Source: an uncultured Lentibacter sp. (GTDB lineage: Bacteria > Pseudomonadota > Alphaproteobacteria > Rhodobacterales > Rhodobacteraceae). From it: a stretch of 64,000 bases of DNA. Positions within the stretch are counted from its first letter, which is position 1. Each line of letters begins with the position of its first letter. The notes below the pieces were generated by a model. The model was not told the origin of the DNA. It searched no databases and saw only the letters and a program-made list of their open reading frames with translations. The DNA lies in NCBI GenBank assembly GCA_947497495.1, contig CANMGT010000010.1:9689-73688 (forward strand), in the 5' to 3' direction. This document shows, in pieces, positions 8,224 to 16,961 of the stretch. The translations under genes and the position numbers were made by a program.

Positions 8224-9639
8224 ATGCAGGCTAAAGTCTTAATCGTTGATGACATTGCGACCAATCGCATCGTGCTGCACGTTAAGCTTTCGGCAGCGGG
8301 GTATTGCGTGTTGCAAGCCGCCTCCGCAGAGGAGGCGCTGCAAGTTGCAGGCCGCGAGCAGCCCCAGCTCGTGCTCTGTCCAACGCGGCTGCCTGACAGT
8401 ACCACCTTAGAGTTCATCAAGGCCTTTGAAGACGATCCGCGGCTCGCCAAAATCTCGCGCATTGTTCTGTGCAACAGTCTTGATACGGACGCGCGCCTTG
8501 CTCTGCTTGCAGCGGGGGCCACTGATATCTTGATCAAGCCTCCGGACGTCAGTGCGCTTCTGGCGCGGTTCCGGGCCATTTTACGCAACAATGAAAGCCT
8601 CGAAGACACTCTCCTGCAAGAGCGCATGGAGCGTGTTCTCGGCTTTGGTGAGACCAGCGTTCAGTTTGAGCCAACCGGGGGTGAAAAGAAGGTGCACGTG
8701 GCTGTGATGTCAAGCACCGTCAACGCTGCACATAACTGGAGCCACCAGCTTTCAGGGCACCCCGGCGCCGATGTCAGGGCTTTCGCTTTTGACGAAGTGA
8801 TGGTGGCGCTTGACGACACCGCCTTGCCCGACGTGATCGTTATCGATGTTGCCGAGCGCCACGCCCAGAAAGCGCTCAATCTCTTGTCTGATCTGCGCGC
8901 CAGCAGCCAAACGCGGCACGCCAAAATCATTGCGGTTGTGCCTACGGCACAGCCCGCATTTCTCGGCGAAGCGCTTGATCGCGGCTCCGACGATGTGCTG
9001 GCCTACGGGTTTTGCCTCAGAGAACTCAGCCTGCGCATTCGCCGTCAGGCCCGCGCCAAAAGACGCGATGATAAGCGCCGCGCGAATATGCACGAGGGGC
9101 TGCGCGCCGCCACCATCGACGCTTTAACAGGCCTTTACAACCGCCGCTTTGCCCTGCCACATCTGACACGGGTTGCCAGCCACTGCCGACGCGAGGCAAA
9201 AAGCTGCGCTGTCATGGCGATCGACGTAGACCACTTCAAAACTGTCAATGACAGGTTTGGCCACGAGGCCGGCGATGCAGCACTCGTAGCGCTGGCCAAA
9301 CTCTTCGGGGAAAGCCTGCGCGGGGGCGACATAGCCTCTCGCATCGGCGGCGAAGAGTTTATGATCATTCTACCCGACACAACGGTTGAAGCCGCGCATT
9401 TAGCAGCCAGAAGACTGTGTGAAACCGTGGCAACCCACAGCTTCCAGCTGCCCGGCGCTGAGCGGCCTGTGCAACTGACGGTCAGCATCGGCGTGGCGGT
9501 ATGCGAACCAAACCAAACGTCGCAGAGTTTGGAAGGGGCAACCGCCGAAAGCCTGCTGCGGGAGGCTGATGTGGCGCTATATGGCTCCAAAAGCCATGGT
9601 CGCAATCAGGTAACGCTTAGCGACCAGTCAGCCGCTTAG
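8224..9639 (+). CDS. PleD-like REC-REC-GGDEF diguanylate cyclase
   Basis: VLIVDDIATNR receiver start, DALTGLYNRR, DVDHFKTVNDRFGH, RGGD I-site, GGEEF active site. Confidence 0.9.
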   Translation: MQAKVLIVDDIATNRIVLHVKLSAAGYCVLQAASAEEALQVAGREQPQLVLCPTRLPDSTTLEFIKAFEDDPRLAKISRIVLCNSLDTDARLALLAAGATDILIKPPDVSALLARFRAILRNNESLEDTLLQERMERVLGFGETSVQFEPTGGEKKVHVAVMSSTVNAAHNWSHQLSGHPGADVRAFAFDEVMVALDDTALPDVIVIDVAERHAQKALNLLSDLRASSQTRHAKIIAVVPTAQPAFLGEALDRGSDDVLAYGFCLRELSLRIRRQARAKRRDDKRRANMHEGLRAATIDALTGLYNRRFALPHLTRVASHCRREAKSCAVMAIDVDHFKTVNDRFGHEAGDAALVALAKLFGESLRGGDIASRIGGEEFMIILPDTTVEAAHLAARRLCETVATHSFQLPGAERPVQLTVSIGVAVCEPNQTSQSLEGATAESLLREADVALYGSKSHGRNQVTLSDQSAA

Positions 9640-10106
9640 CGGCGTTTCTTATGTTTCAAGGCCGCTTCGAGCCGGTCTGCAAACATCTCGCGTTCGGCTT
9701 TGCTCAGGCCTTCCAGATGGGCAATCAGGGCCGTTTCGCCCACGTCGCGCGACTTGCGCAGAACGGCTGATTTGCGCTCAAGTGCGGTGCGCATCGCGGC
9801 GGCATCAAACTCGTCGGCACGCAGAACCGCGAGAACCTCGGCAAAGGCTGCGGTGAACTTTCCGCGCATGTCCTTGCCATTCTCGCGATGCTTGCGGATT
9901 TCGCGGCCAATATCCCTGCGCGCGTCTTTGTCCAGCGCACGCACCATCGGGTCTGAGTGACCACTTGCGCGCTCATGTCCACCATGGCGGAACGCAGCCC
10001 CCGCAAACAGGCCCGCAACCGCGAGGTTTACCCCTAACGACGCGATCAGAACGATGCGCCAGCCGCGGCTCATTTTCGAGGGTTGTTTCGCTGCATCCGT
10101 CATCAT
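9636..10106 (-). CDS. Periplasmic heavy-metal sensor (CnrX/CpxP-like helical protein)
   Basis: LIASLGVNLAVAG anchor followed by a charged helical domain; last gene of the sigma/anti-sigma operon. Confidence 0.7.
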   Translation of the reverse strand: MMTDAAKQPSKMSRGWRIVLIASLGVNLAVAGLFAGAAFRHGGHERASGHSDPMVRALDKDARRDIGREIRKHRENGKDMRGKFTAAFAEVLAVLRADEFDAAAMRTALERKSAVLRKSRDVGETALIAHLEGLSKAEREMFADRLEAALKHKKRR

Positions 10107-10480
10107 GCGTCTCCCATTGTGTCAAGCCAGGCGTAGTCGGCGTTCAGCCCGCCCAGCGCGCTGTCGCCATACAGATATGTCGCGGCGGTGTCAGATACGC
10201 CCGTCAGGGACGTGGTGCCAAGCCAGATGCCAACGGCGGTTGCCGTCACCAAGCCGCCGAGCGCTGGCCAGCCACCCAAGGTGGCGAAGACTGCGCGCAG
10301 GCTGAAACCGGTTGCCGCGGGCGCGTTCGCAAGCTCAGCCGTTGCGAAACCTGCCTGTTCCTCGTCCGCATCCGCCAGCACCCGCGCCATGAAGGCAGGG
10401 CTTGGCTCGGCTGGCTGGCTTTGCGCCTCAGCGAAAAGATCTTCAAGCATTTGCTCATCGGTCGTGTGGTTACGCATCAC
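10103..10480 (-). CDS. Probable membrane-anchored anti-sigma factor
   Basis: Directly downstream of and overlapping the ECF sigma gene; PSPAFMARVL N-domain plus one TM helix. Confidence 0.6.
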   Translation of the reverse strand: MMRNHTTDEQMLEDLFAEAQSQPAEPSPAFMARVLADADEEQAGFATAELANAPAATGFSLRAVFATLGGWPALGGLVTATAVGIWLGTTSLTGVSDTAATYLYGDSALGGLNADYAWLDTMGDA

Positions 10481-11054
10481 TATACCCCAGTTCTTCGCGG
10501 CGCTGGCTCAGCGCCTGTGTGAGTGCCCGTTTGCCCCGGGCTGTCAGGCTTTCGACGGCCTCGGTGCTGATCTCCATGATCTCAGCAATCTCGGGGTTTT
10601 GCAGGCCTTCAATGTGGCGCAAAACAACCGCCTGTCTTTGTCGTTCGGGCAACTCAGAAAGCGCGACTTGCAGCGCATCCATGCGGGCCTTGTCCTGTAT
10701 CTGCTCCGGTGCGGAGGCCGTCTCGTCAAGTGGTTCGGGCACATCCTCCAGTGCAACCGAACGGCGCTTTCGCAGACGGTCCGTGCAGAGGTTGGCCGTC
10801 ACGCGGTAGAGCCACGTTGTTACCTTGGCTTCGCCTTGCCGCCAGTCCGGTGCGACTTTCCAGAGCCGCATCATGGCCTCTTGCGCCACGTCTTCGGCCT
10901 CGGAACGTTCGCCCAGCAGGCGGAAGGCATGGGCCAGCACAACAGGCACCAAACGGCGCGTCAACGCCTCGGCGGCTTGCTTGTCGCCATTGGCAAACAA
11001 GATAAGCAACGCATCGTCGCCAAGCTCTGTTGTGTCGTCAAATGCCATAGTCAT
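10470..11054 (-). CDS. ECF RNA polymerase sigma factor
   Basis: AEDVAQEAMMRLW, WLYRVTANLCTDRLRKRR (region 2), LPERQRQAVVLRH...EIAEIM (region 4). Confidence 0.92.
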   Translation of the reverse strand: MTMAFDDTTELGDDALLILFANGDKQAAEALTRRLVPVVLAHAFRLLGERSEAEDVAQEAMMRLWKVAPDWRQGEAKVTTWLYRVTANLCTDRLRKRRSVALEDVPEPLDETASAPEQIQDKARMDALQVALSELPERQRQAVVLRHIEGLQNPEIAEIMEISTEAVESLTARGKRALTQALSQRREELGYSDA

Positions 11055-11156
11055 TGCTTCTTGGCCGTAGCCTGCGCCCCTGAAAGTATCAAGCCCGCGC
11101 GGCAAGTCGGATCGTCGGGAGGGAGGCGCCGCGCGCTCTGCGCGACGCCCACGCGC

Positions 11157-11633
11157 TTAGTTCTTGTTGCGCATTTTGCCTTTGCCACGCATGTTTTCCA
11201 TCTCTTCTTGCGTGATGAAACCATCGTTGTCGGCATCCACACGGTCAAACATTTTTTCCATGCGCGCTTCACGTTTGCCTGTTTTGATTTCGTCCATCGT
11301 CAAGGCGCCGTCTTTGTCAGCGTCATGCTTCTCGATCATCCGATCAAACCGCTTGGCGGCACGTTCGCTGGCCGCAGCGACCATCTCTTCTTTGGTGATC
11401 TTACCGTCGGCATTTGCGTCTGCACTGCCGAACATGCCTTTGGCGCCAGCTTGCATTTCTTCTTTGGAAAGCTTGCCATCAGCATTGGTATCAAGCTCTT
11501 CAAAGTTCATCTGCGGGCCGTGGCCGCGGTGGCCTTCACCGTGGTTTTTGTGGCCGCCAAACGCCATTGCGCTGCTGCCTGCTGCGATCATGCCTGCTAC
11601 GGCCAATGCTGTGAGGGCTGTTGTCTTTTTCAT
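11157..11633 (-). CDS. Secreted EF-hand calcium-binding protein (four EF loops)
   Basis: Signal peptide; loops DTNADGKLSKEE, DANADGKITKEE, DADKDGALTMDE, DADNDGFITQEE. Confidence 0.88.
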   Translation of the reverse strand: MKKTTALTALAVAGMIAAGSSAMAFGGHKNHGEGHRGHGPQMNFEELDTNADGKLSKEEMQAGAKGMFGSADANADGKITKEEMVAAASERAAKRFDRMIEKHDADKDGALTMDEIKTGKREARMEKMFDRVDADNDGFITQEEMENMRGKGKMRNKN

Positions 11634-11824
11634 GGTTCGCTCCTTTGTCGCGTTTCCAAGAGGGTGTTCTTCCCGTCTCTGTGGGCTTTAACGCCAGCCC
11701 AGAAGCTTTCCGTCGCAAATTTTTGCAGAAAGTCGCGACATGCAGCCGCAAGGGGCCTGAATGCGCTTTCAAATTAAGGCGCATTACGCCAAATTGCTCC
11801 GATCGAATAATGTTTGGATAGCTC

Positions 11825-12220
11825 ATGAGTAACGTCGACAACAGCCTCATCGCCCCACAGGAACGGCCGCTTTGGCCTGCTTTGCGCAAAGGCTGGCGCC
11901 GCAAATGCCCGAACTGCGGTGCGGGCCCGCTGCTCAAGGGCTATCTCAAAGTGAATGATGAATGCACGGTCTGCCGCGAAGAGTTCTCGCACCACCGCGC
12001 CGACGACGGGCCAGCCTATCTGACAATTCTGATCGTCGGACACCTGATGATCCCGCTGCTGCATTTCACTTTCGTCTACTACCGCCCCGAACCTCTGGTG
12101 CTGTTTACCATCTTCGCTCTTGGCAGCACGCTGCTCACGCTATACCTTTTGCCAAGGTTGAAAGGCGCTGTTATCGCGTTTCAATGGGCACGCGGCATGC
12201 ACGGGTTCGGCGAAGACTGA
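11825..12220 (+). CDS. DUF983 family membrane protein
   Basis: CPNCGAGPLLKGYLKVNDECTVC zinc-ribbon, HRADDGPAYLTI. Confidence 0.85.
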   Translation: MSNVDNSLIAPQERPLWPALRKGWRRKCPNCGAGPLLKGYLKVNDECTVCREEFSHHRADDGPAYLTILIVGHLMIPLLHFTFVYYRPEPLVLFTIFALGSTLLTLYLLPRLKGAVIAFQWARGMHGFGED

Positions 12221-12252
12221 ACAATGCGCCGCCTCAAAAGGGCGACAGCACG

Positions 12253-12972
12253 ATGACGATCGACAAAACTGCCATACGCAACGCCGCCACGATCATTGCT
12301 GTTCGTGACAGGCTCACAGAGCCGAAAGTCCTGATGGGGCAACGCGGGGCCAAAGCCGCGTTCATGCCCAACAAGTTTGTCTTTCCCGGCGGCGCTGTTG
12401 ATGCGGCTGACTTTAATGTTCCCCTCGCGCGCGGCTTTCACGATGTCTGCGCCGCGCGGCTCACTGAAAACGTCGAGCAAGACATCTCCCATGCGCTCGG
12501 CGTTGCCGCCATTCGCGAACTTTGGGAAGAAACAGGGCTGGTCTTAGGCCAAAAAGTGCAGTGGCAAGGCGATGTGCCTGAAGACTGGCTCGAGTTTGCG
12601 CAAGCGGGCTTCTCGCCCTCCGCTCACCCTCTTCAGTTTGTCTTTCGCGCCGTGACGCCCCCAGGGCGTCCCCGCCGCTTTGACGCGCGCTTCTTTCTGG
12701 TCGATGCAGCCGAAATTGCCTCTGACCTTGATGACTTCTCGCGCGCTGAAGACGAGCTCTCACACCTGCAATGGATCGCGCTAGAAGACGTGCGCGGCTT
12801 TGATTTGCCCTTCATCACAGAAGTGGTGCTGGCCGAAGTCGCACACCGCCTGCACGACACTGCTCCGCCCGAAAACGTGCCGTTCTTTCACAACAACACC
12901 GAAGAAAGCATGTTCTTGCGTCTCAATGGCAAGGGCCCTTTCTCTGGCAAGTCCATTTCAGCTGACGACTGA
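12253..12972 (+). CDS. NUDIX hydrolase
   Basis: FVFPGGAVD...AAIRELWEETG Nudix box; RRFDARFF. Confidence 0.88.
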   Translation: MTIDKTAIRNAATIIAVRDRLTEPKVLMGQRGAKAAFMPNKFVFPGGAVDAADFNVPLARGFHDVCAARLTENVEQDISHALGVAAIRELWEETGLVLGQKVQWQGDVPEDWLEFAQAGFSPSAHPLQFVFRAVTPPGRPRRFDARFFLVDAAEIASDLDDFSRAEDELSHLQWIALEDVRGFDLPFITEVVLAEVAHRLHDTAPPENVPFFHNNTEESMFLRLNGKGPFSGKSISADD

Positions 12973-13044
12973 ATTGACCCACCCCAACGGGGGGCTCCCG
13001 CGCCAAACCGGGTATCTTCGATGCCCTATGTTGTCTTGGGCCCA

Positions 13045-13089
13045 GCCAAATGGTCGGATAGCAGCATCGCTGCTATCCGACCATTTGGC
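13045..13089. repeat. Perfect 21-bp inverted repeat with 3-nt loop
   Basis: GCCAAATGGTCGGATAGCAGC-ATC-GCTGCTATCCGACCATTTGGC between convergent genes. Confidence 0.9.
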
Positions 13090-13134
13090 ACCGCGACGTG
13101 GCAAAGCCACGGCGGAAAACCTTATCAAACAAGT

Positions 13135-14034
13135 TCAGTAAAGCACGACAAGCCCGATCACCGAGACCGTGATAAAAAGCATCCCGACACCTTCGCGCCG
13201 CGTGATTTTTTCGCCAAAGAACAGGACAGATGCCACGATCGAGAAGATCACCTCAATCTGCCCCACTGCAAAAACATAGGCCGCGTTCATCAGCGTAAAC
13301 GCCGTGAACCAGCCGAGCGAGCCGCCGAGCCCGGTGAGCCCCATCCAGACAGCCGTGCGCCATGCTTTCAGCACGTTTGTCAACTGCCCCGGTTCTTTCA
13401 CAACAATCCACAGCCCAAGCCCGAGCGTCTGGCTGACCGTGACACAGGGGATCGTCACAAGCGCCCTCGTCAGCGCGTCAGCACTCGCAACATCCAGCGT
13501 CGCCCCGCGGTAAGTCACCGCCGAAATCGCAAACAGCACACCCGACAAAAGCCCAAGCCCCGCCGCGCGGTTCATCGCCCGTTTGAGCAGGCCGCCCGCC
13601 CCTTCGGGAATGTCTGACAGCACCAGAACGCCGACAAGCCCCACGCAGATCGCTGCCAGCCCGCCAAGCGTCACCGTGTCGCCAAGCACGACAAAGCCAA
13701 CAAGCGCCGTGAGCATCACTTCGGTTTTCTTGAAGGTGATCCCGACAGCAAAGTTGCGGCTGGCAAAAATCGCCACAACGCACCATGTCGCCAGAATCTG
13801 CGCCAACCCTCCTGCCAAAACGTAAGGCCAGAAGGCGCCGCCGATCGCCGGCAGCCCCTGCCCACGCCAGCTCAAATACCCGAGCGCCAAAAGGCAGGCA
13901 AACGGCGCCGTATACAAGAACCGCGCCAGCGTTGCACCGCCCGCCGAAAGCGGGCCCATGCTGAGCGTTTTTTGCAGCATAAACCGCAGCGTTTGGAACG
14001 CAGCTGCCATAACAGAGAGAGCTATCCAGATCAT
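13135..14034 (-). CDS. DMT/EamA family transporter
   Basis: About 10 TM helices in two repeats; AVGQIEVIFSI motif. Confidence 0.85.
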   Translation of the reverse strand: MIWIALSVMAAAFQTLRFMLQKTLSMGPLSAGGATLARFLYTAPFACLLALGYLSWRGQGLPAIGGAFWPYVLAGGLAQILATWCVVAIFASRNFAVGITFKKTEVMLTALVGFVVLGDTVTLGGLAAICVGLVGVLVLSDIPEGAGGLLKRAMNRAAGLGLLSGVLFAISAVTYRGATLDVASADALTRALVTIPCVTVSQTLGLGLWIVVKEPGQLTNVLKAWRTAVWMGLTGLGGSLGWFTAFTLMNAAYVFAVGQIEVIFSIVASVLFFGEKITRREGVGMLFITVSVIGLVVLY

Positions 14035-14055
14035 ACCGCCTTCAATGGCGCGTCT

Positions 14056-14961
14056 TCATCCGTTTGGCCAGAGCGGATGCGGCACAGGGTCTTTCGCGCG
14101 CAGCAGGTGCTTGGCAAAAATCTGTCTATAGGAGCGATAGTAGTAGCCGTCATTCTCGGCCAGAAATCTGTCACGCTCGGCCCGAAACTGCGCAGGCAAG
14201 CGATACCACGGCACGCCGGGCCGCGCATGATGCACCGCGTGGTAGTTGTTGTTCAAAAACAAGAGCGCCAGCGGGCCGCTGTCTTCCACAACAACGGTGC
14301 GGCCCTTGCAGGCCTCATGCGCGCGGTGCTCAAGGTAGGTGCGGATCTTCAGCACAGAATGCGCGCCATAGCTCGCCAGCAAGAAGGCCCAAACAGGCAT
14401 CTGCCCGACAGCAACCACCCACCAGACAACAAAGGCAACCGCCGGAACATGCCAAAGCCACGCGCGCAAAACGGCACCGTTTCCAGCCTTGATAGCCGCC
14501 CAATCCGCCTTCATGAAATACACTTGGCTCACAACCGGCCCAAGCAGCATCCGCCCGAGCAGCGTGTTGTTCAGGCCGAACACCCTCCTCAACCACGCCG
14601 GAAAGCGCGCCCACTCCGCAGGGTCGCGGTAGTTGCTTTCAGGGTCGTCATATGGGTCTGTCAAAAGTTCGTCGCGGTGGTGCTCAAGATGAGTATCGCG
14701 AAACCGCCCATAGGGGATCAACAGCGTGAGTTGTGGAAACACCAGCGCCTCGTTAAGCCAGCGCAGCCGCGTCGGATGTCCGTGCAAAGCCTCATGGCAA
14801 AGCGAGGCGTGCTGCACCCCCGCCAAGGCCACGCAGGCCATGCCCAGCGGCAGCCAAACACCCGCCGCCCATGTCGTGCCAACCGCCCAAAGCGCGTAGG
14901 TCACGACAAGCAGCGCCAGCGTGGGCAGCTCAAACCGCGCAACACTACTATTGTCCCGCAT
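14056..14961 (-). CDS. Membrane fatty-acid-desaturase-superfamily di-iron enzyme
   Basis: His boxes HEALH, HLEHH and HAVHH with TM segments. Confidence 0.85.
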   Translation of the reverse strand: MRDNSSVARFELPTLALLVVTYALWAVGTTWAAGVWLPLGMACVALAGVQHASLCHEALHGHPTRLRWLNEALVFPQLTLLIPYGRFRDTHLEHHRDELLTDPYDDPESNYRDPAEWARFPAWLRRVFGLNNTLLGRMLLGPVVSQVYFMKADWAAIKAGNGAVLRAWLWHVPAVAFVVWWVVAVGQMPVWAFLLASYGAHSVLKIRTYLEHRAHEACKGRTVVVEDSGPLALLFLNNNYHAVHHARPGVPWYRLPAQFRAERDRFLAENDGYYYRSYRQIFAKHLLRAKDPVPHPLWPNG

Positions 14962-15169
14962 GACGCCCCCAATCCACATTGGCCCAAAAGCGTTCATAGG
15001 CGAGGTAGGTCACAAATCCGACAGCCGTGTTCACCAGCGCCATCGCCCCACCGACAGCCAGCGAGCCCGTGGCGATCAGCCCGACAAGGCTCATCATGCC
15101 AAATCCAAGCGCATTCCACAGCAAGGCTTTCACAAGGGTTCGTCGTCGCGTTTCCAAGGGGGGCTCCAT
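14948..15169 (-). CDS. DUF2061 family small membrane protein
   Basis: RRTLVKALLW...YLAYERFWANVDWG pattern. Confidence 0.75.
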   Translation of the reverse strand: MEPPLETRRRTLVKALLWNALGFGMMSLVGLIATGSLAVGGAMALVNTAVGFVTYLAYERFWANVDWGRHAGQ

Positions 15170-15259
15170 AGCGTTCACAAACTTGTTACCGCACCCGCGC
15201 CGCGCTTGGCATTCCGAATACAGTTAACATTCTCCAACGATGGTGATATTTGTAACCAC

Positions 15260-16120
15260 ATGTCTGAAAAAACCGACAAACGCCTCCGCGCCACCCAGTT
15301 TCGCCAAAGGCTCAGCACGGCCCTCCAAACCGAGGGCCTCAGCCAAAGCGCGCTCGCCCGCCGGATCGGCGTTGACCGCTCGACAATATCACAGCTGCTG
15401 ACGGGCCAAGGCGCACGCCTGCCCAATGCTCAGGTGGTGGGAGAATGCGCCGCCGCCCTCGGCGTCTCGGCTGACTGGCTTTTGTCGCTGTCAGACAGGC
15501 CGGAAACCGCGTCACACCTCTTGGCCAACTCGCTCACGCTCACCGAAGCACCGCGCGCTATGGTCGATGAAGTCATCTTCAACTGGCATCAAGAAGCCGC
15601 AGGCTACAAAATCCGCCACGTCCCCGCCGCCCTGCCGGATATGCTCAAAACCCGCGACATGCTGATGTGGGAATACGAGCCGCACTTGGGCCGCACGGCC
15701 GAGCAGGCCATCGGCGCGATGGAAGACAGGCTCAGCTGGATCCGTGCTTCACAATCAGATTATGAAATCGCCCTGCCGCTCTACGAGATTGCCAGCTTCG
15801 TGCACGGCGAAGGCTACTATCGCGGCCTCTCGCCCGAAATACGCAGCGCGCAAATCGCCCGCTTCAAAGAGCTGCACGACCAACTCTACCCGCGCCTGCG
15901 CCTCTATCTATTCGACGCGCGCCGCCTGTTCTCGGCCCCGCTGACAATCTTCGGCCCGCTCCTCGCCACGCTCTACGTCGGTCGCGACTACCTCACATTT
16001 CGCGACACCGAGCGCGTCCAGGCGCTGACAAAACACTTTGACCAACTCGTGCGCGAAGCCCATGTCACAGCCCGCGACTTCCCTGATCACCTCGACCAGC
16101 TCGCCGCGAACACAGGCTAG
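15260..16120 (+). CDS. XRE-family HTH transcriptional regulator with large C-terminal domain
   Basis: LSQSALARRIGVDRSTISQLL HTH; divergent from the DUF2061-desaturase-EamA genes. Confidence 0.85.
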   Translation: MSEKTDKRLRATQFRQRLSTALQTEGLSQSALARRIGVDRSTISQLLTGQGARLPNAQVVGECAAALGVSADWLLSLSDRPETASHLLANSLTLTEAPRAMVDEVIFNWHQEAAGYKIRHVPAALPDMLKTRDMLMWEYEPHLGRTAEQAIGAMEDRLSWIRASQSDYEIALPLYEIASFVHGEGYYRGLSPEIRSAQIARFKELHDQLYPRLRLYLFDARRLFSAPLTIFGPLLATLYVGRDYLTFRDTERVQALTKHFDQLVREAHVTARDFPDHLDQLAANTG

Positions 16121-16179
16121 GCTTTCTCATTGCCGCAAATATCCTGGGGGTCTGGGGGTCTGGGGGGCAAGCCCCCCAG
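16121..16179. repeat. Intergenic repeat with G-runs and a 9-bp hairpin (CTGGGGGGC-AA-GCCCCCCAG)
   Basis: 5' part resembles the 24-nt repeat at 4698/19830; GGGGGTCT occurs twice before the hairpin; lies between convergent genes. Confidence 0.65.
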
Positions 16180-16205
16180 TTGGTCGCGTGCGTCAGCACG
16201 CGAAA

Positions 16206-16961
16206 TCAAACCTGCGGGTCAGGGTTCACAGTATGGCCATCTACAGCAATAACCTGCCCCGACACCATCCGCGCCTTATCCGAGCCCAAAAACAGCACCA
16301 TCTCGGCAATGTCCTCAGCCCTTACAAACGAGCGCATCGACGTTCCGCCGGCGTAGCCCTCATAAACTGCGTCCCGGCTCATGCCCTTGGCCGCAGCTTC
16401 CCGCGCCAAAACACCTTCCATCCGCGGCCCTTCCACGGCGCCGGGGCAAATCGCATTGGCGCGAATGCCGAACGGCCCAAGCTCCATCGCCAGTGTTTTC
16501 ATCAGGCCAATGACAGCCCATTTCGCCGCCGCGTAGGGCGCGCGAAACGGGTAGCCGTGCTGGCCCGCAGTCGAGGATGTCACGATAATCGCGCCCGATT
16601 TCTGCGCCTTCATCAATGGCGCGGCATATTTCGCGGCCAAAAACGCGCCTTCAAGGTTCACGCTGACACAGTCGCGCCAATCCTCAAGCGCGATATCCTC
16701 AATCGCGGCCGTTGGCCCTGCGATGCCCGCGTTGGCGCAGAGCGTGTCGAGCCCGCCCCACGCCGCTTCGATCTCGCCAAACAGCGCCTTCATGCCCGCC
16801 TCGTCGCGCACGTCAACCTCCGCCGCGCCCCAGTTTTCGGGTGTGCTCGCCAGTGCCTCGCGGTCAACATCCGTCACCCAGACGCGCGCGCCTTCACGCG
16901 CGTAGGCCTCGGCTATCGCCCGTCCGATGCCCGACGCGCCTGCGGTGACAAGAACTCTCAA
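16206..16961 (-). CDS. SDR family oxidoreductase
   Basis: VLVTAGASGIG, NAGIAG, YAAAKW catalytic motif; TTG start overlaps the upstream stop. Confidence 0.9.
   Translation of the reverse strand: MRVLVTAGASGIGRAIAEAYAREGARVWVTDVDREALASTPENWGAAEVDVRDEAGMKALFGEIEAAWGGLDTLCANAGIAGPTAAIEDIALEDWRDCVSVNLEGAFLAAKYAAPLMKAQKSGAIIVTSSTAGQHGYPFRAPYAAAKWAVIGLMKTLAMELGPFGIRANAICPGAVEGPRMEGVLAREAAAKGMSRDAVYEGYAGGTSMRSFVRAEDIAEMVLFLGSDKARMVSGQVIAVDGHTVNPDPQV

Noticed and set aside
11157-11633. Lanmodulin
   Set aside because: The EF loops lack the Pro at position 2 typical of lanmodulin, and no xoxF or lanthanide uptake genes are in the window.
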